From Perkinsela sp. CCAP 1560/9 (Eukaryota; Protista; Euglenozoa: Kinetoplastea), in the NCBI GenBank assembly GCA_965644495.1, contig CBFFSA010000018.1, positions 62,001 through 126,000 on the forward strand: a stretch of DNA of 64,000 nt, read 5' to 3'. A program made the position numbers and the translations under genes. Shown piece after piece: positions 32,687-44,188 of the stretch. Each line of letters begins with the position of its first letter. The stretch's first letter is position 1. The notes under the pieces were generated by a model. The model searched no databases. It had not been told where the DNA came from and worked only from the letters and a program-made list of their open reading frames with translations.

Positions 32687-33523
32687 TTATTGAATACCAT
32701 CCGAGAAGGAATTGCTTTCAAACGTGCTGCTTTTAAGGCCTGAGGGCAGGTGTCGCGTATCGAGAACTCCCGTAAATTCATTGTTGTGTAAGTAGAGTAT
32801 TTCAAGTGAATCTGGTAGTGCGCTAAGACAAACATCGCCAGTAAAATGATTGTGGTTGAGGTCAAGATAAACAAGACCCACAGGAAGAGAACGCAAATCC
32901 ACGCCTCCTGTAAATTTATTTACCGCAAGTCCGAGAGATGTCAGTGCACCAGGAAGGATAGTGAACCCCACCTCTCCACTGAAATAATTCGTAGCAGCAT
33001 AGAAAGTGAGAAGACCCCTGGGTAAGTTCTCCGTTAGAAGAGGTCCGAATAACTGGTTCGTCGAGAGGTTGATGTGTTCAAGGCTGGAAGGAAACTCGTG
33101 CAAAGGGACCCCTCCAGTGATATCATTACGCCATACAATAAAAGACTTTGTTGTAGACGGCATATGGCGATACAAGAAAGTTCCAGCCAATGCAAGAGAA
33201 TTCCAGTCCAGTGAGATAACTTGAGAACCTGAATCACATTTTACACCACTCCATACGCACCCATTCTTATGCTCACTCCAAGAGACATGAACATTCGTAA
33301 TATTCGATATGAAACGAGTAAGCCCCATTTCTGCAGAAAGAACCGCGCCGCGTACTCTTGCCCCGCGTGGGCCGGTTTTCAGGGGTGGAGGTGACGCAGC
33401 GCGGGGCAAGGGAACATGTGACTCATCCGAATCGCGAACATAAAAGCAACGTAAGTGACACGGGAATTGCAACATTTTAAGAGAATGTAAATATACCGTC
33501 AATAAGTAATTTTTTTTGCGCAA
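32687..33523 (-). CDS. LRR protein
   Basis: RVRGAVLSAEMGLTRF cap plus LRRs; paralog of 57255-57995. Confidence 0.88.
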   Translation of the reverse strand: MRKKNYLLTVYLHSLKMLQFPCHLRCFYVRDSDESHVPLPRAASPPPLKTGPRGARVRGAVLSAEMGLTRFISNITNVHVSWSEHKNGCVWSGVKCDSGSQVISLDWNSLALAGTFLYRHMPSTTKSFIVWRNDITGGVPLHEFPSSLEHINLSTNQLFGPLLTENLPRGLLTFYAATNYFSGEVGFTILPGALTSLGLAVNKFTGGVDLRSLPVGLVYLDLNHNHFTGDVCLSALPDSLEILYLHNNEFTGVLDTRHLPSGLKSSTFESNSFSDGIQ

Positions 33524-33554
33524 TTTAGGTACTAATCCTCCAAGAATATCTTTT

Positions 33555-33844
33555 GGAACTATCTTAAACGTTTACTTTTGGTCAAGAAGACCAAAGGGCA
33601 TGACTTCGCACTCTTCTTAAAAGTTTTCTAACCTACTCATCTTCATCCAAAAAACTCGAAAAATTCCCCCTAAAAAGTTGTAATTAATTAGCTTTTTTGA
33701 CTCCTACCTGGCTAGGAGGGTAGGGGGTCGCTCGATAGGGGGACAGCGGATTCAGAACGATTCGGTCGAAAAACAGTATACCCGATTTTGAAAATCGGGA
33801 AAAATACAAGACCTGTACGAGGGGCATGTCGCTGAACACCACTG
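33555..33844. mobile_element. Partial copy (right end) of the CAGT-ended non-autonomous Tc1-like element
   Basis: Matches the right end of 38937-39683 and ends gctgaacaccactg|TA. Another fragment lies at ~32520-32650. Confidence 0.7.
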
Positions 33845-33853
33845 TATGTTAGA

Positions 33854-34447
33854 TCAGTTCTTTATTTGTACTATTTTGGTCGCTTGAAAGGCCTTGTACG
33901 TCAGGCCTACCGGTAGCATGCGTACATGTACTGTACCCGTCAGCTCGGCGTTGTGACGAAGTGATAAGCTGATAAGTCCAGAGGGAAGATTAGCGAACGT
34001 TACATCACCACTTAGCATATTCACCGACAATATCAAGGAAGTTAAGCTTGGAGGAAGGTGAGAAAGATCAACACTTCCCGTAAATTGATTGTACGACGCA
34101 TCCAAAGCAGATAAATCTGGCGGGAGATCAGCGAGATCAATTTCCCCCATAAGTTCGTTGGTGAATACTGAAAAATCAAGTAGAGATCTCGGTAATGCAT
34201 TCCACAAAAGCCCTCCACACAATTTTTTATTTTCGGCATTAAAAATTAAAATACTTCCTTCGTCAGAACACGTAACCCCTTCCCACTTATGCGCAGGTAC
34301 GGATGCATTCCAAGAGGGAAGTGGATTCACTATGTTACTTACCAAACGCTCAAGCTCATACTCTGCGGGTAGTAGCAAACCTCTTACTCTTCCAGCTTTT
34401 CGGCTCTCACCCGCTGCGTCGGAAAACTTGAATCCCACGTTGTACAT
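33854..34447 (-). CDS. LRR protein (FSDxxGE subfamily)
   Basis: Intact paralog, cap plus LRRs. Confidence 0.9.
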   Translation of the reverse strand: MYNVGFKFSDAAGESRKAGRVRGLLLPAEYELERLVSNIVNPLPSWNASVPAHKWEGVTCSDEGSILIFNAENKKLCGGLLWNALPRSLLDFSVFTNELMGEIDLADLPPDLSALDASYNQFTGSVDLSHLPPSLTSLILSVNMLSGDVTFANLPSGLISLSLRHNAELTGTVHVRMLPVGLTYKAFQATKIVQIKN

Positions 34448-34548
34448 CTTATTAAAATATATTCAAAATCTAAGATTTTGTCATGACAGATTTTTTTTAG
34501 CGTTTGGTACTTCACGAACACTTCGTTGATTGTATTATTGGTTGATTA

Positions 34549-34736
34549 CCGTAGACCCACATGTCGGGGACCTCGGGGTAACCCAAATAAGCGTTTTAAC
34601 ACGTTTTCAGAGAAAACATAGAAAAAAGTATCAAAAAAGTTGAGAGAAAGGAAAAAAAGCACACCTCCGAGTAAGGGAGAATTTAGCCATGGATTTTGAC
34701 CCAAAATCCATTCTCTCACTGGGGGAGGGTCTACAG
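34549..34736. mobile_element. pogo/Tc-like MITE related to 30011-30291 and ~6839-7010
   Basis: TA|CCGTAGACCC...GGGTCTACAG|TA; shares cctcgggg(a)taacccaaa with 6968-7005. Confidence 0.7.
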
Positions 34737-35265
34737 TACGTTAAAATATGCTGTATGCTAAGCAAGAATTTTTAAGTGATGGGTCTAACGGGTTCTTTCA
34801 GTCTGTAAAAACTTTGCCGCGTATTACTTTACACATATTTTAGAAGCAGGATATCTGTGCTCATATTGTTATTTGTATTTTTTGAAGCTGTAGTGCTCAG
34901 TTTTACCTCCTTAAAGGGGTAACAGCACGGGAAACTGCTCAGTTTGGCCATCTGAGCACAAAAATGACACTATTTACCAGAAAATCTGGCACTGTACATG
35001 AGGGAGTGCGGGTAACGACGTATGCCTCTGGTTTCACGAAGTTTCGCTATCAGTATATCGAGGTTTCACCCACAGTCCCTCATGTGACCCAAACGTTGTC
35101 TTGTTCGCACCGACAATTTTTCTTTTTTAGGAGCTTCGTTAAATGCGGAGGTAGTTTTCAACGTGAAGTGCACAGCAATAGCGACTTCTAACTTAAAACA
35201 GTTAGAAGTGTCACACCAAATCTTCATTTGTCTAGAGTTTTTTAGGCTGTAGTCTCGCAAATTTT

Positions 35266-37800
35266 TTATCTGGTGCGATTCCGTGCCGCACGCTCCTTGT
35301 AACAATAGGTACGGTTCCAGGAGGATCCATTGACATCCATAAACTTAGGTTGTGTGGGTTGGCCCCGAGGACGGGGGCGGATCCTCACCCCTTCATACGC
35401 TGTGCGGGCCATCTCCGCTTCAATACCTTCCAGTGAGGATAAATGAGGAGCAGGAAGCACCTCCTTTTCAGCAGGAGCGATCCCCTGCTTCAGGTTGGGA
35501 TCTAATTGTGCTTGCTCGTCCAGTTCCGCAACATCTACAAAAAGCGAAGACGTCTCCGCAGGGACCGAAACGAGGGCGGGGGGCGTTTTTCCTTCCATCT
35601 CCAAATAACCCCCCTCTTCCAAACCGGGGTACGAACGATGCGGTAAAGGTTGCTCCGTACTGGGTCGACTCGCGACGAACTTCCGATTGCGTCGCTGAAA
35701 GGCAGCCTGTTGTCGCTCCTGACGACGTATCGCACCAGAAATCATACGTCGGTTATGCGCCGCACGTAGAGGAATCGGGTGACGTAAGACGTACCGTTCC
35801 ATGGAGAGATTCGTGCGGTCGGAGGGGAGAATTGTGGGCAACGTCCCCACAGGCCCCCAGAGCTCCCGGGCGCGTTGCTCCGTGTCACGCAGATGTCGTG
35901 CGCCGTTTCGTACCATATGGGTTCGACTCCATTCCGCAATCTCGTCGGAGGTGGGCTGTGGCTTTCCCGGGTTTCCATTCTCATCCAGCAGCTCGTTCTC
36001 ACGTCGTTCATTCGCGGTGGAGTCCCAAGACGGGTAGAGGTCGCGTAATGTGGGGAGGTAGCACGGGTCCGGAGCCCCCCACTCCCATGCCGCATCAGGT
36101 GTGGGCACCGTGAGTGTGCTGTCCGCGTCAGGCACTTTTGTACTCTTCAGCAGCTCCCACATCCCAACACTCGCGTAACAACCTTTCGGGAGAAAGAAGC
36201 TTACGCGTAAAATTCCACGCTGGGAGTCGTACTCGTGTGACACGTTCTGAGGAAACACCCGAGCTGGACGAGACGCACAGCTAAACAGTTCCTTCGGCAG
36301 CACAGGGGTATGAGGAAAACATAACCCGTACCGCGAACACAGCGCCTCGGAGCAGGATTGCAGCAGCGAGCGAAAACCGGGACTGAGGTGGGCTGAGGGC
36401 GACTCCGATGGGGACGTCCCCCCCAACCGTTTCTTTCGTGGTACCGGCAGGGAGGGGAGTGTCAGGGACGGTGACAACACTGCCGGGTCGTTGCCATGGA
36501 CCTGGAGCAGATACGACAGCAGTGTGTTCCACAGGTAGGAGGGAAACTTTTGACACAGCAGCTGGAGCTCACGAGGGGGGAGGGACTCGAAGGCACGTTG
36601 GGTGGCTCTACGCCACGGCATGCGGTAGAAGTAGTCGCTCCGGGTGAAGTTGTTCTCCTGGCTGTGATCCTCACGGTCCCGGTCCGGGTTGGGGGCGAAA
36701 AAACGTTCCTTGGCGTGGTGCTCCATATCGGAGGGTTTGATCTCTGCTTTGGTGAGTTCCCGTAGAAGAACACGGCGGACGTGTTCCTGTACGGAGAGTG
36801 GGTACAAAGCCGCGCGTTCCAGGAGCTGTGTCCAGGGTCGGCGGAGGTTAGTGTAGCATAGAAGCTGATATGCCGCGGTGATGGTATCTCCATGGAGCAG
36901 GTAGTACGAAGGGTCCCGGGCCCCACCAAACCAGGAAAAACGCTGAGGGCCGTAGTAGTTCGGGAAACCACGACGCTCCCAGGAGGCAATGGCGCGGGAC
37001 AACCGTTGGGGAAAATCGGCCGAGGAACCTTGTGCGACACTTGCCGAGTGTACCGGTTTTACATTTGTGAGTATGACTTGGAAGCGGTTTCCGGCGAAAC
37101 CCTCTCCAGTCTTGAAAGGTGCACTAGCGGGCTGAAAGTCGTAAAGTTCAATGCCCAAGGAGGGAAGTTGATGTATGCTCCACAATAAGCGGTGAGGGGA
37201 GGCAGCTCGTAACCGAATACGCTGGTAGGTGTCTCCGCAGCGGTCTTTTACTCCTTTGAAGGAGATATCCCGAGAGGTGAGACCCAGACTTCGGCCCAGA
37301 ACACGTATCGCCTGGGCGTGAGCTATGTTTCGCTTGCGCAAGGTACATTCGAGGTAATATGTGCTACCTCTACAAAGTTGAAGTTCTTTTTGAATCTGAG
37401 CCTCATTCGCAACAGATTCCCGATAGAAACAAAAAGAAGATTGCTCCTGAGGGCTTTCATCACACATAGGATCAGCTATTTGCAAAGGAATCGAATGGAG
37501 AGAGGGGTCTGGTCCCATCCGTACCTCCCGACCATCCGCATCAACCTCCGCAACAGTGAAATGAGACCAATGTTCTTTATAGCGAGCAGTAAAAACCTTT
37601 GGGTCATTATTAAAATGTTGGGAAGCACCAAATTGAAGGAGGTTCTCGGCTTCCTTCTCTGGTGTGTGTAGTTGGCTCAGCCAATCTTTTTCTCCTTCAA
37701 AAGCATTGGCAGGAACCTTTGTGCTATAAAAGTACCGGAAAAATCTCGACTGAGACAAAGGTACACCAATAAGGCGCTTCATTATAATTTTTTCGGGCAA
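35266..37800 (-). CDS. PUS7: TruD/PUS7-family pseudouridine synthase with long C-terminal extension
   Basis: GVKDRCGDTYQ (GxKD), GNRFQVIL, GFPNYYGPQRF, FFLPKGCYAS. Confidence 0.85.
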   Translation of the reverse strand: MPEKIIMKRLIGVPLSQSRFFRYFYSTKVPANAFEGEKDWLSQLHTPEKEAENLLQFGASQHFNNDPKVFTARYKEHWSHFTVAEVDADGREVRMGPDPSLHSIPLQIADPMCDESPQEQSSFCFYRESVANEAQIQKELQLCRGSTYYLECTLRKRNIAHAQAIRVLGRSLGLTSRDISFKGVKDRCGDTYQRIRLRAASPHRLLWSIHQLPSLGIELYDFQPASAPFKTGEGFAGNRFQVILTNVKPVHSASVAQGSSADFPQRLSRAIASWERRGFPNYYGPQRFSWFGGARDPSYYLLHGDTITAAYQLLCYTNLRRPWTQLLERAALYPLSVQEHVRRVLLRELTKAEIKPSDMEHHAKERFFAPNPDRDREDHSQENNFTRSDYFYRMPWRRATQRAFESLPPRELQLLCQKFPSYLWNTLLSYLLQVHGNDPAVLSPSLTLPSLPVPRKKRLGGTSPSESPSAHLSPGFRSLLQSCSEALCSRYGLCFPHTPVLPKELFSCASRPARVFPQNVSHEYDSQRGILRVSFFLPKGCYASVGMWELLKSTKVPDADSTLTVPTPDAAWEWGAPDPCYLPTLRDLYPSWDSTANERRENELLDENGNPGKPQPTSDEIAEWSRTHMVRNGARHLRDTEQRARELWGPVGTLPTILPSDRTNLSMERYVLRHPIPLRAAHNRRMISGAIRRQERQQAAFQRRNRKFVASRPSTEQPLPHRSYPGLEEGGYLEMEGKTPPALVSVPAETSSLFVDVAELDEQAQLDPNLKQGIAPAEKEVLPAPHLSSLEGIEAEMARTAYEGVRIRPRPRGQPTQPKFMDVNGSSWNRTYCYKERAARNRTR

Positions 37801-38197
37801 GTTGAATTTCGCACGCTGATACCCTTATGCACAAATGATGTATACCATGCATGTAACTCTTGATATTCAAAATAGAACAACATTTAGAAACACCCTTAAC
37901 AAAACAAAATTTCCTTTTGCAAATTCAGCGTGCACCATGATTAACGAATGTATTCTAGATAAATGAACCCCCCCATTCAGTGTTGAATGATACTCGGAAA
38001 AAATCAACACGAAATGGAAAGGTGATAAAAAGTCGGCGCCGCCAGAAGACTGATTCTCATTCGTTTGGTTAATGGCCACCAGTCCAGTGTGGTTTACTTT
38101 TTACCTGTTTCGTACAAAAAAGTAAAAAAAAGTGGCTTAATGCTGTCAAAAATGAAGCGCCTTTTTACGAAAATTAATGAAGAAAATCACGTGTTCG

Positions 38198-38824
38198 CTA
38201 ACTTCGGATCAAAATTTTTGTTTCACTAAAGGCCTTATACTTCATACTAAACGGCAATAAACGTACCTCTACTGTCCCCGTAAGCTCGGCGTTGTTACGA
38301 ACTGACAAATTGCGCATTCCTGAGGGAAGATTCGTAAACGTTACGTGACCACGTAATTTATTCGCCGACAATATCAACGACGTTAAGGTTAAAGGAAGGT
38401 GGCACAGGTCAATATTACCCGTAAATTGATTGTACGACGCGTCTAGCGTACATAAATGTGGTGGAAGGTTTACGAGGTCGAGTTCCCCGCGGAGCTTGTT
38501 TTTATACACCGAGAATCGGGTTAATGACCTTGGAAGCGTATTGCACTCGAGTGAGCCTTCCAATTTTTTGCATTCCACCACAAACTCTAAGACTTCTCCA
38601 TCAGAACATTCGACCCCTTCCCACTGATGTGCAGGCACAGATACATTCCAAGAGGGGAGCGGATTTACTATATTACTTACCAAACGCTCAAGGTCGTATT
38701 CTAGGGGTAGTAGCGCGCCTCTTACCTTTGCAGCTTTTCGGTTTTCACTCGTTGTGTCAGAGAACTGAAATGTGCTGGGACAACGCAACGAGCCTATCAT
38801 GAGATCTGTGACAGCCACTCTCAT
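38198..38824 (-). CDS. LRR protein (FSDxxGE subfamily)
   Basis: Intact paralog. Confidence 0.9.
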   Translation of the reverse strand: MRVAVTDLMIGSLRCPSTFQFSDTTSENRKAAKVRGALLPLEYDLERLVSNIVNPLPSWNVSVPAHQWEGVECSDGEVLEFVVECKKLEGSLECNTLPRSLTRFSVYKNKLRGELDLVNLPPHLCTLDASYNQFTGNIDLCHLPLTLTSLILSANKLRGHVTFTNLPSGMRNLSVRNNAELTGTVEVRLLPFSMKYKAFSETKILIRS

Positions 38825-38936
38825 CGTAGAAAGTAGTAACAGACGAAACAGACAAACTGTAGCAAGTGTGAACGAGAAGGAATTAAAAAAAATATTTTTT
38901 TTGAGGAAGGATCATTGCCATGCAAACAGGAAAATA

Positions 38937-39683
38937 CAGTAGTGTTCAGCCTCTTTTACCCCCCCCTACGGATCTTGCAATTTGTTCGATTTTGGAAATA
39001 TTTTGTATGGGACTGTTTTTCGACCCAATCGTTCCGAATCCGAGGTCCTTTTCACTCGTGGACACCTGTATCATACCTAAGCCGGAAAAAAAAGCCGATT
39101 TGTTTTTCACAGAGTACATTTTTTTCAAAATTGGTACACTTGTTGGTGATTCATGACGAAGAAGCACCGCTACCTTACCTTCCACGAGGCAGGAGCCTCG
39201 TGTGCCCCGAGATGCGCACGGCACTCGCGATCGATTGAGAGCGACTTAAGTCCTATAAGACACTCGAAAAATTTCATAAACTTAGCCCCGGGTCCATCAT
39301 TGAAACTTTTCGCTTTTTTTCTGAAGATTAACCGGAAACGTTTAAGAAAGCCTTCCGGGACTATAGTAAACGTTTTCTTTTGGTCAAGGAGGCTAAAGTG
39401 CATATGACTAAATACTAGAGATTACTTTGCACACCTTTTCCACGTCTTCTGACCTACTTTACTACTGTTCCTCATCCGAAACATTCAAAAAAATAAACCC
39501 AAAAAAATTGTAATTAGCTTTTTTCACCCCTACCTGGCTAGGGGGGGTAGGGGGTCGTTCGAGTGAAAAGGACCTCGGATTCGGAACGATTAGGTCGAAA
39601 AACGGTGGTATACCAAATATTTCCAAAATCGGACAAAATACAAGACCTGTAGGGGGGGGGGTAAAAGACGCTGAACACCACTG
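38937..39683. mobile_element. Non-autonomous Tc1/mariner-type element with long imperfect TIRs
   Basis: TA|CAGTAGTGTTCAGC...GCTGAACACCACTG|TA; inverted similarity extends >120 bp. Confidence 0.85.
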
Positions 39684-39803
39684 TATATCGTATTGTATAC
39701 TATTGTCATACGAGTTCATAGTGTGAGCATAACACATGGAATAAGGAATTTTGTCCAGAACAACCACACTTGACATGTTGCACAGAAATTTACGGCTGTA
39801 ACC

Positions 39804-40865
39804 TCACGGTGTACACATAGTTGCTTCGTCTTTCTCCAATGTGTTTAATATGTTAAAAATCGTTCCCTTAAAACCATGCTGTACTTTGTTAAGGAATTCA
39901 CTCGTAGTGTGAAATAACGAAACAGAGCCTGACACACTTTCCTCGCTTGTAGCATTTAACGCCAGTTCTGGATCCGAAACGAAAGGGAGGTTGCAGAAGT
40001 AAGCATATCGCGCAACTTCTGTCGACAATAAATCCCGACAAGGCCTGCAGAAAATAATATGATCCTCACACGCATCACCAACTGCGGAAGGTGCGAGAAC
40101 TAACTCTTTATAAGTCGTTGCCTTTACAACCGACTCCCTGTCTCCTCCGATTGAAAGTTGCAAAATAGCATCTCGGGAAAGATCGTTCCCACACGATGCC
40201 TCTATAATATACGGAGCGGAGATTTTTACCGCATATAATAGTAAAGCTTGTCGTTTCATTCCTCGCCAAGTGTCTTGGGACTCATCCAATGTTCTTCGCC
40301 ATTCTTTTGTAGTCGCCTCTGCATTGCATTCGCCCGAGCCCAATGAGGACGCTGGAACGGTTGCCAACACGATATTATGTGAATCACAATAGTAACGCAA
40401 TTTACTCCTTGCAAGCCGAATGTTAGATTCACGTGTGTTATCTCTCACACCCGCAAACTCACGAGTGTCATGTTGCATTTCAGTTTCCGTGGTATCATCA
40501 TCTTTAGCGAAGCCTTCAGGGATGACGAAGACACAATGAAGATGAAAATGTTTCTGCGCACGTGGATCTTTATGCTGGTTATGATCGCGTAGTAAGCGGC
40601 ACAAATCCAAAAGCACCATAGATCGACACGAGCCATCGACCGCAATAACAATTTCCCCGGGAGAAATCTGACAGTCATGATGGAAAGCGTGACGAAAGGT
40701 GGAGCGGACGAACTCAACAAAACAGTTCCTGCAGTACGGTCGGGAAACACCATCACGACTTGGGGTGGTACCGACCTGTTGCCGACACTTAAAGCAGAGT
40801 GGCAGATCCATGTCGTACAGAATGGGTTGAGATATCACGGAAAAATTGTCCTTTTTCCTATTCAA
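39804..40865 (-). CDS. CTU2: Cytoplasmic tRNA 2-thiolation protein 2-like
   Basis: N-terminal CxxC...CxxCF, degenerate PP-loop (AVDGSCRSMVLL), RPCRDLLSTEV, C-terminal TIFNILNTLEK. Confidence 0.75.
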   Translation of the reverse strand: MNRKKDNFSVISQPILYDMDLPLCFKCRQQVGTTPSRDGVSRPYCRNCFVEFVRSTFRHAFHHDCQISPGEIVIAVDGSCRSMVLLDLCRLLRDHNQHKDPRAQKHFHLHCVFVIPEGFAKDDDTTETEMQHDTREFAGVRDNTRESNIRLARSKLRYYCDSHNIVLATVPASSLGSGECNAEATTKEWRRTLDESQDTWRGMKRQALLLYAVKISAPYIIEASCGNDLSRDAILQLSIGGDRESVVKATTYKELVLAPSAVGDACEDHIIFCRPCRDLLSTEVARYAYFCNLPFVSDPELALNATSEESVSGSVSLFHTTSEFLNKVQHGFKGTIFNILNTLEKDEATMCTP

Positions 40866-41066
40866 GCATTTGTTATTGTGTGTAAGAGTAATAGGCTGCT
40901 CCTTGACGTGTCTTCTACATGCATGCTTGATAAATTCGTTCGTTTTTCGAGTCCATTTTATCTGGAATGTGATCTAAATTTATCCATTCTCTTGTAGGTC
41001 ATAAATACAGACAAAACACGACCCCAAAATACACTCTATGTACACAACCCCCCCTCCACCCCCCCG

Positions 41067-41810
41067 CTACCGTATCCCCGCAAACACCTGCGGATACGTC
41101 ACCCGGAGGGTGTGCATCAGGGCGTCCACTTTTTCCGCCACCCCCCTCCCCCCCTCCCCCGAGGTCGCCTTCTTGATGTTCCGGATAAACCCCGGGTCCC
41201 CGGTGAGGGCGTAGGTCGCGGAGAGCGCCGCGAGGATCTCCCCCTGGGACACCCCCACGCCGTGGAACAGCCCCGGGTGGCGCTCCTCCATGAACCCCGC
41301 GAACGTGCGCCCGGGGTACGCCCCGCGGGAGGCGCGGTACTCCCGCCGCAGCGCCTCCTGCTGCGGCGGGGGGAGCAGCAGGCGGTGGAGCAGCCAGCGC
41401 GACACGACCTCGGGGTCCGCGGCCCACCACGGGACCCCCGCGGCCTGCGCGAGCCGCGGGCGCACGAACAGGATAAAGAAGGCCACGTAGAGCATCACGC
41501 CCCAGGCCAGGAAGGGGCCGAGCACGAGGCGCAGTATTCTCAGCCCGAGCGAAGGGGGGGAGGGGGCGGGGGGGTGGGGGGCCGTAGAGCCCAGAAACTC
41601 ACGCAGGGCGTCGCGTTGGAGGGATTCTTCTTTTTGTTTCAAATCGGTTTGTTCGGGGGTGGGGTGTTGGGGTCGTGTCGTGGAGGGGGGGAGGTGGGGG
41701 GTTGAGGGTTGAGGGGAGGCGTGGGTGTTTCGCCGTAAAGGGTGGAGAAAAAGAGGAGGGGAGACACGGCTGTTGTGCACATGGGAAGGTTTGGCCAGCC
41801 GTGAGAGCAT
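41067..41810 (-). CDS. Hypothetical membrane protein, possibly mitochondrial
   Basis: MLSRL-type N-terminus and one hydrophobic segment. Confidence 0.6.
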   Translation of the reverse strand: MLSRLAKPSHVHNSRVSPPLFLHPLRRNTHASPQPSTPHLPPSTTRPQHPTPEQTDLKQKEESLQRDALREFLGSTAPHPPAPSPPSLGLRILRLVLGPFLAWGVMLYVAFFILFVRPRLAQAAGVPWWAADPEVVSRWLLHRLLLPPPQQEALRREYRASRGAYPGRTFAGFMEERHPGLFHGVGVSQGEILAALSATYALTGDPGFIRNIKKATSGEGGRGVAEKVDALMHTLRVTYPQVFAGIR

Positions 41811-42103
41811 GTTTTCCGTGCCGAGGGATAGTTTGTAGGTAAAGAAAAAGACTTGTTTTCTTGGTAAAAATAGAGGCCAATCAAAGCAGTAAGCCTATGC
41901 TACATAACTTCAAAAGGAAAAACCCGCAATGTGCGCCTTATGCAAATAAAGGTCTTGGAATACCTCCCAGTAGGCTGTAGCACTGGAAAACCAATGCATC
42001 TTTTTCACTCTACGGTAGCGTGAAACCAGTAAACTACCAGCACACTACTGTTACCACCTCCATTTTACCTAATCATGCGTTCATTCTCTCTCGCAAGGTG
42101 GCC

Positions 42104-43873
42104 CTATTCCTGAAACTCATCCCCTACACTCCCACCCTCTGCTTTTTGTTGAAACCGCTCCAGTTCCTCCTCCGTAATTTCCTCCATCAGAGGACGGATG
42201 TCGTGGGTACTGGTGATCCACTGATTCTTATGGGGGGTGACCTCCAGCACCGCCCCCAGAGGCATCGAGGTCTGATGGGCGGTCTCCGGGGACTCATCCG
42301 CGAGAAACGCGCGCAGCACTTGCAGCACGGCCGAGTGCGACACCACCAGTGTCGGACGCTCCATGTGCTGGAGCTCCATAAAAATCGGGTCCAGGCGTTT
42401 CGCCAGGGCCTTGTACCCCTCCCCCCGGGGGTAGCGGCAGTGGTAGGGGTCTTGCCGGATGCGAGAGAGTACACTCGCCGAGGCGGGGTCAAGCTCCCGG
42501 GCCGTGCAGCCGTGGAAGTCACCGTAGTGCAACTCCGTCAGGGAGGGGTACTCGCGGACAAGATAGCGTGCGTCCTGTTGGAACACCAGAGAGGTTTGTA
42601 CCGCCCGGCGCAGCGGACTACACAACACCGTAACTTCAGGATACGGAGAGGTGTGCAATTTTGCAACGTGAAAAGGTGTGGGTGAGTGAATCTTGGTCGT
42701 AGGATACGTTTCCCCAGCACCATGACCGGAATGCGATCCACTGTTCTCATTTTCAGCGTTGGAAACTGGTGAGGCTTCTTGAGGGACATCAGTGCATTCG
42801 TCCTCTCCAACTCCCGTGGACGCACGAGCTAGTTTTTTGACCCTTGCATCGATAAACCTTTTTAGGGCTAACGCGTAGCGCAGACCCCGGGGGCTGAGAT
42901 CTCCATCATGACCTAACACTCCCTCCTCTCCTTTGGCGCTCCACCCACTGCGTGTTAAGAACACGGTGTGGTCGCTGAGGTGTAAATTCAGTAAGAAATG
43001 CACAATACACGTTGGGAGATAGCCCTGGATACGATGCAACTCCACACGTGTTTTAACATTTACCATTTTAATATAACTCAGTGCGTCTTCATGGGACGGG
43101 GAGAGTGTTTGGTACACTTTCTCATACTGCCGGATACGGTCTTTAAAATCATGAAGCACCACCCCCGGTTCAGTGGTTCGGTAATCCTCATTTCCACATT
43201 TCGTGCGGAGAATATTCCGCCGAATCAGCGCCTTGTCATCACACACGGACTCCACGAAAAGAACCTCAATCGGAAAAGGCTCAAAATAGTGCAGTAACCA
43301 CTCCCGGCGCTCTCGTGTCGTGTTGGTGGCATCCAGAATCCCCACCCCTCCGGGGTTTTGCGTAAGAAACGCCACGAGGTCGTTACACGCCCACTCCACC
43401 ATACGCTCCCGCATCGCGACCCCTTCCATATTCTCCGGATCAAACACAGAGGAAGCGTGAAACACGGGAGGTGAATTCCTCAAGGCTTCCGTTTTATTCT
43501 CCCGTTCCTTGTTTTCCTCCCTCTCGAGCAAGAGCTTACGACGGTAGTGCCCGGCATTACACCGGGTGGTCGGGATCCCTTTCCAGTTCAGCCAGCGGCA
43601 CAGACGGGAGCTGATAAAGGATTTCCCCCGGCCCGGGAGCCCCACCATGGCGATCACCAGGGCGTGCTCCCGGCCGTGCTCGCTCGGGGGGCACGGAGGG
43701 GTGGGAGAGGGAGCGGAGAGCGACGAGGCCTTGGGGCGCTGCACAGATAAGGAGGAGAGTTGTGTGGTGAGAGCCTTTTTGGAGGGGTGGGGAGTGAGGG
43801 GGGGTGGCCCGAAAATTTCTTGTGGGGTCATTGTGCGGTCGGAAAGGGTCTGTGGGATTTTATTTACACCCAA
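42104..43873 (-). CDS. 6-phosphofructo-2-kinase/fructose-2,6-bisphosphatase family
   Basis: MVGLPGRGKS P-loop, DATNTTRERR, FVESVC; histidine-phosphatase-fold C-terminus. Confidence 0.93.
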   Translation of the reverse strand: MGVNKIPQTLSDRTMTPQEIFGPPPLTPHPSKKALTTQLSSLSVQRPKASSLSAPSPTPPCPPSEHGREHALVIAMVGLPGRGKSFISSRLCRWLNWKGIPTTRCNAGHYRRKLLLEREENKERENKTEALRNSPPVFHASSVFDPENMEGVAMRERMVEWACNDLVAFLTQNPGGVGILDATNTTRERREWLLHYFEPFPIEVLFVESVCDDKALIRRNILRTKCGNEDYRTTEPGVVLHDFKDRIRQYEKVYQTLSPSHEDALSYIKMVNVKTRVELHRIQGYLPTCIVHFLLNLHLSDHTVFLTRSGWSAKGEEGVLGHDGDLSPRGLRYALALKRFIDARVKKLARASTGVGEDECTDVPQEASPVSNAENENSGSHSGHGAGETYPTTKIHSPTPFHVAKLHTSPYPEVTVLCSPLRRAVQTSLVFQQDARYLVREYPSLTELHYGDFHGCTARELDPASASVLSRIRQDPYHCRYPRGEGYKALAKRLDPIFMELQHMERPTLVVSHSAVLQVLRAFLADESPETAHQTSMPLGAVLEVTPHKNQWITSTHDIRPLMEEITEEELERFQQKAEGGSVGDEFQE

Positions 43874-44188
43874 TGGTTTTACCTCGGAAGATCATACGAT
43901 GTAAGATGAGGACGATAGTTTTTAGTGATTTTTTTATGAAGATGTAAGGAAGCTAAAACGGGTAGGAACGTCAAGTAAGTTTAAATAAAAGTGGCATTGT
44001 GTAATTTATACCCGTTTTCCAAAATATCATGTGATAAGAAGTGATATTGCCAATTATACACAACCAAATGCGTCGTCGTGTGATCAACAAGGTAGAGTGA
44101 GGACATCGAGAGTATTCAATACAGAGGTGTGATATTTTTCATCTCCTTTTACTCATAGAAAAAGTGCACGACGCATCATTTGCTATAT

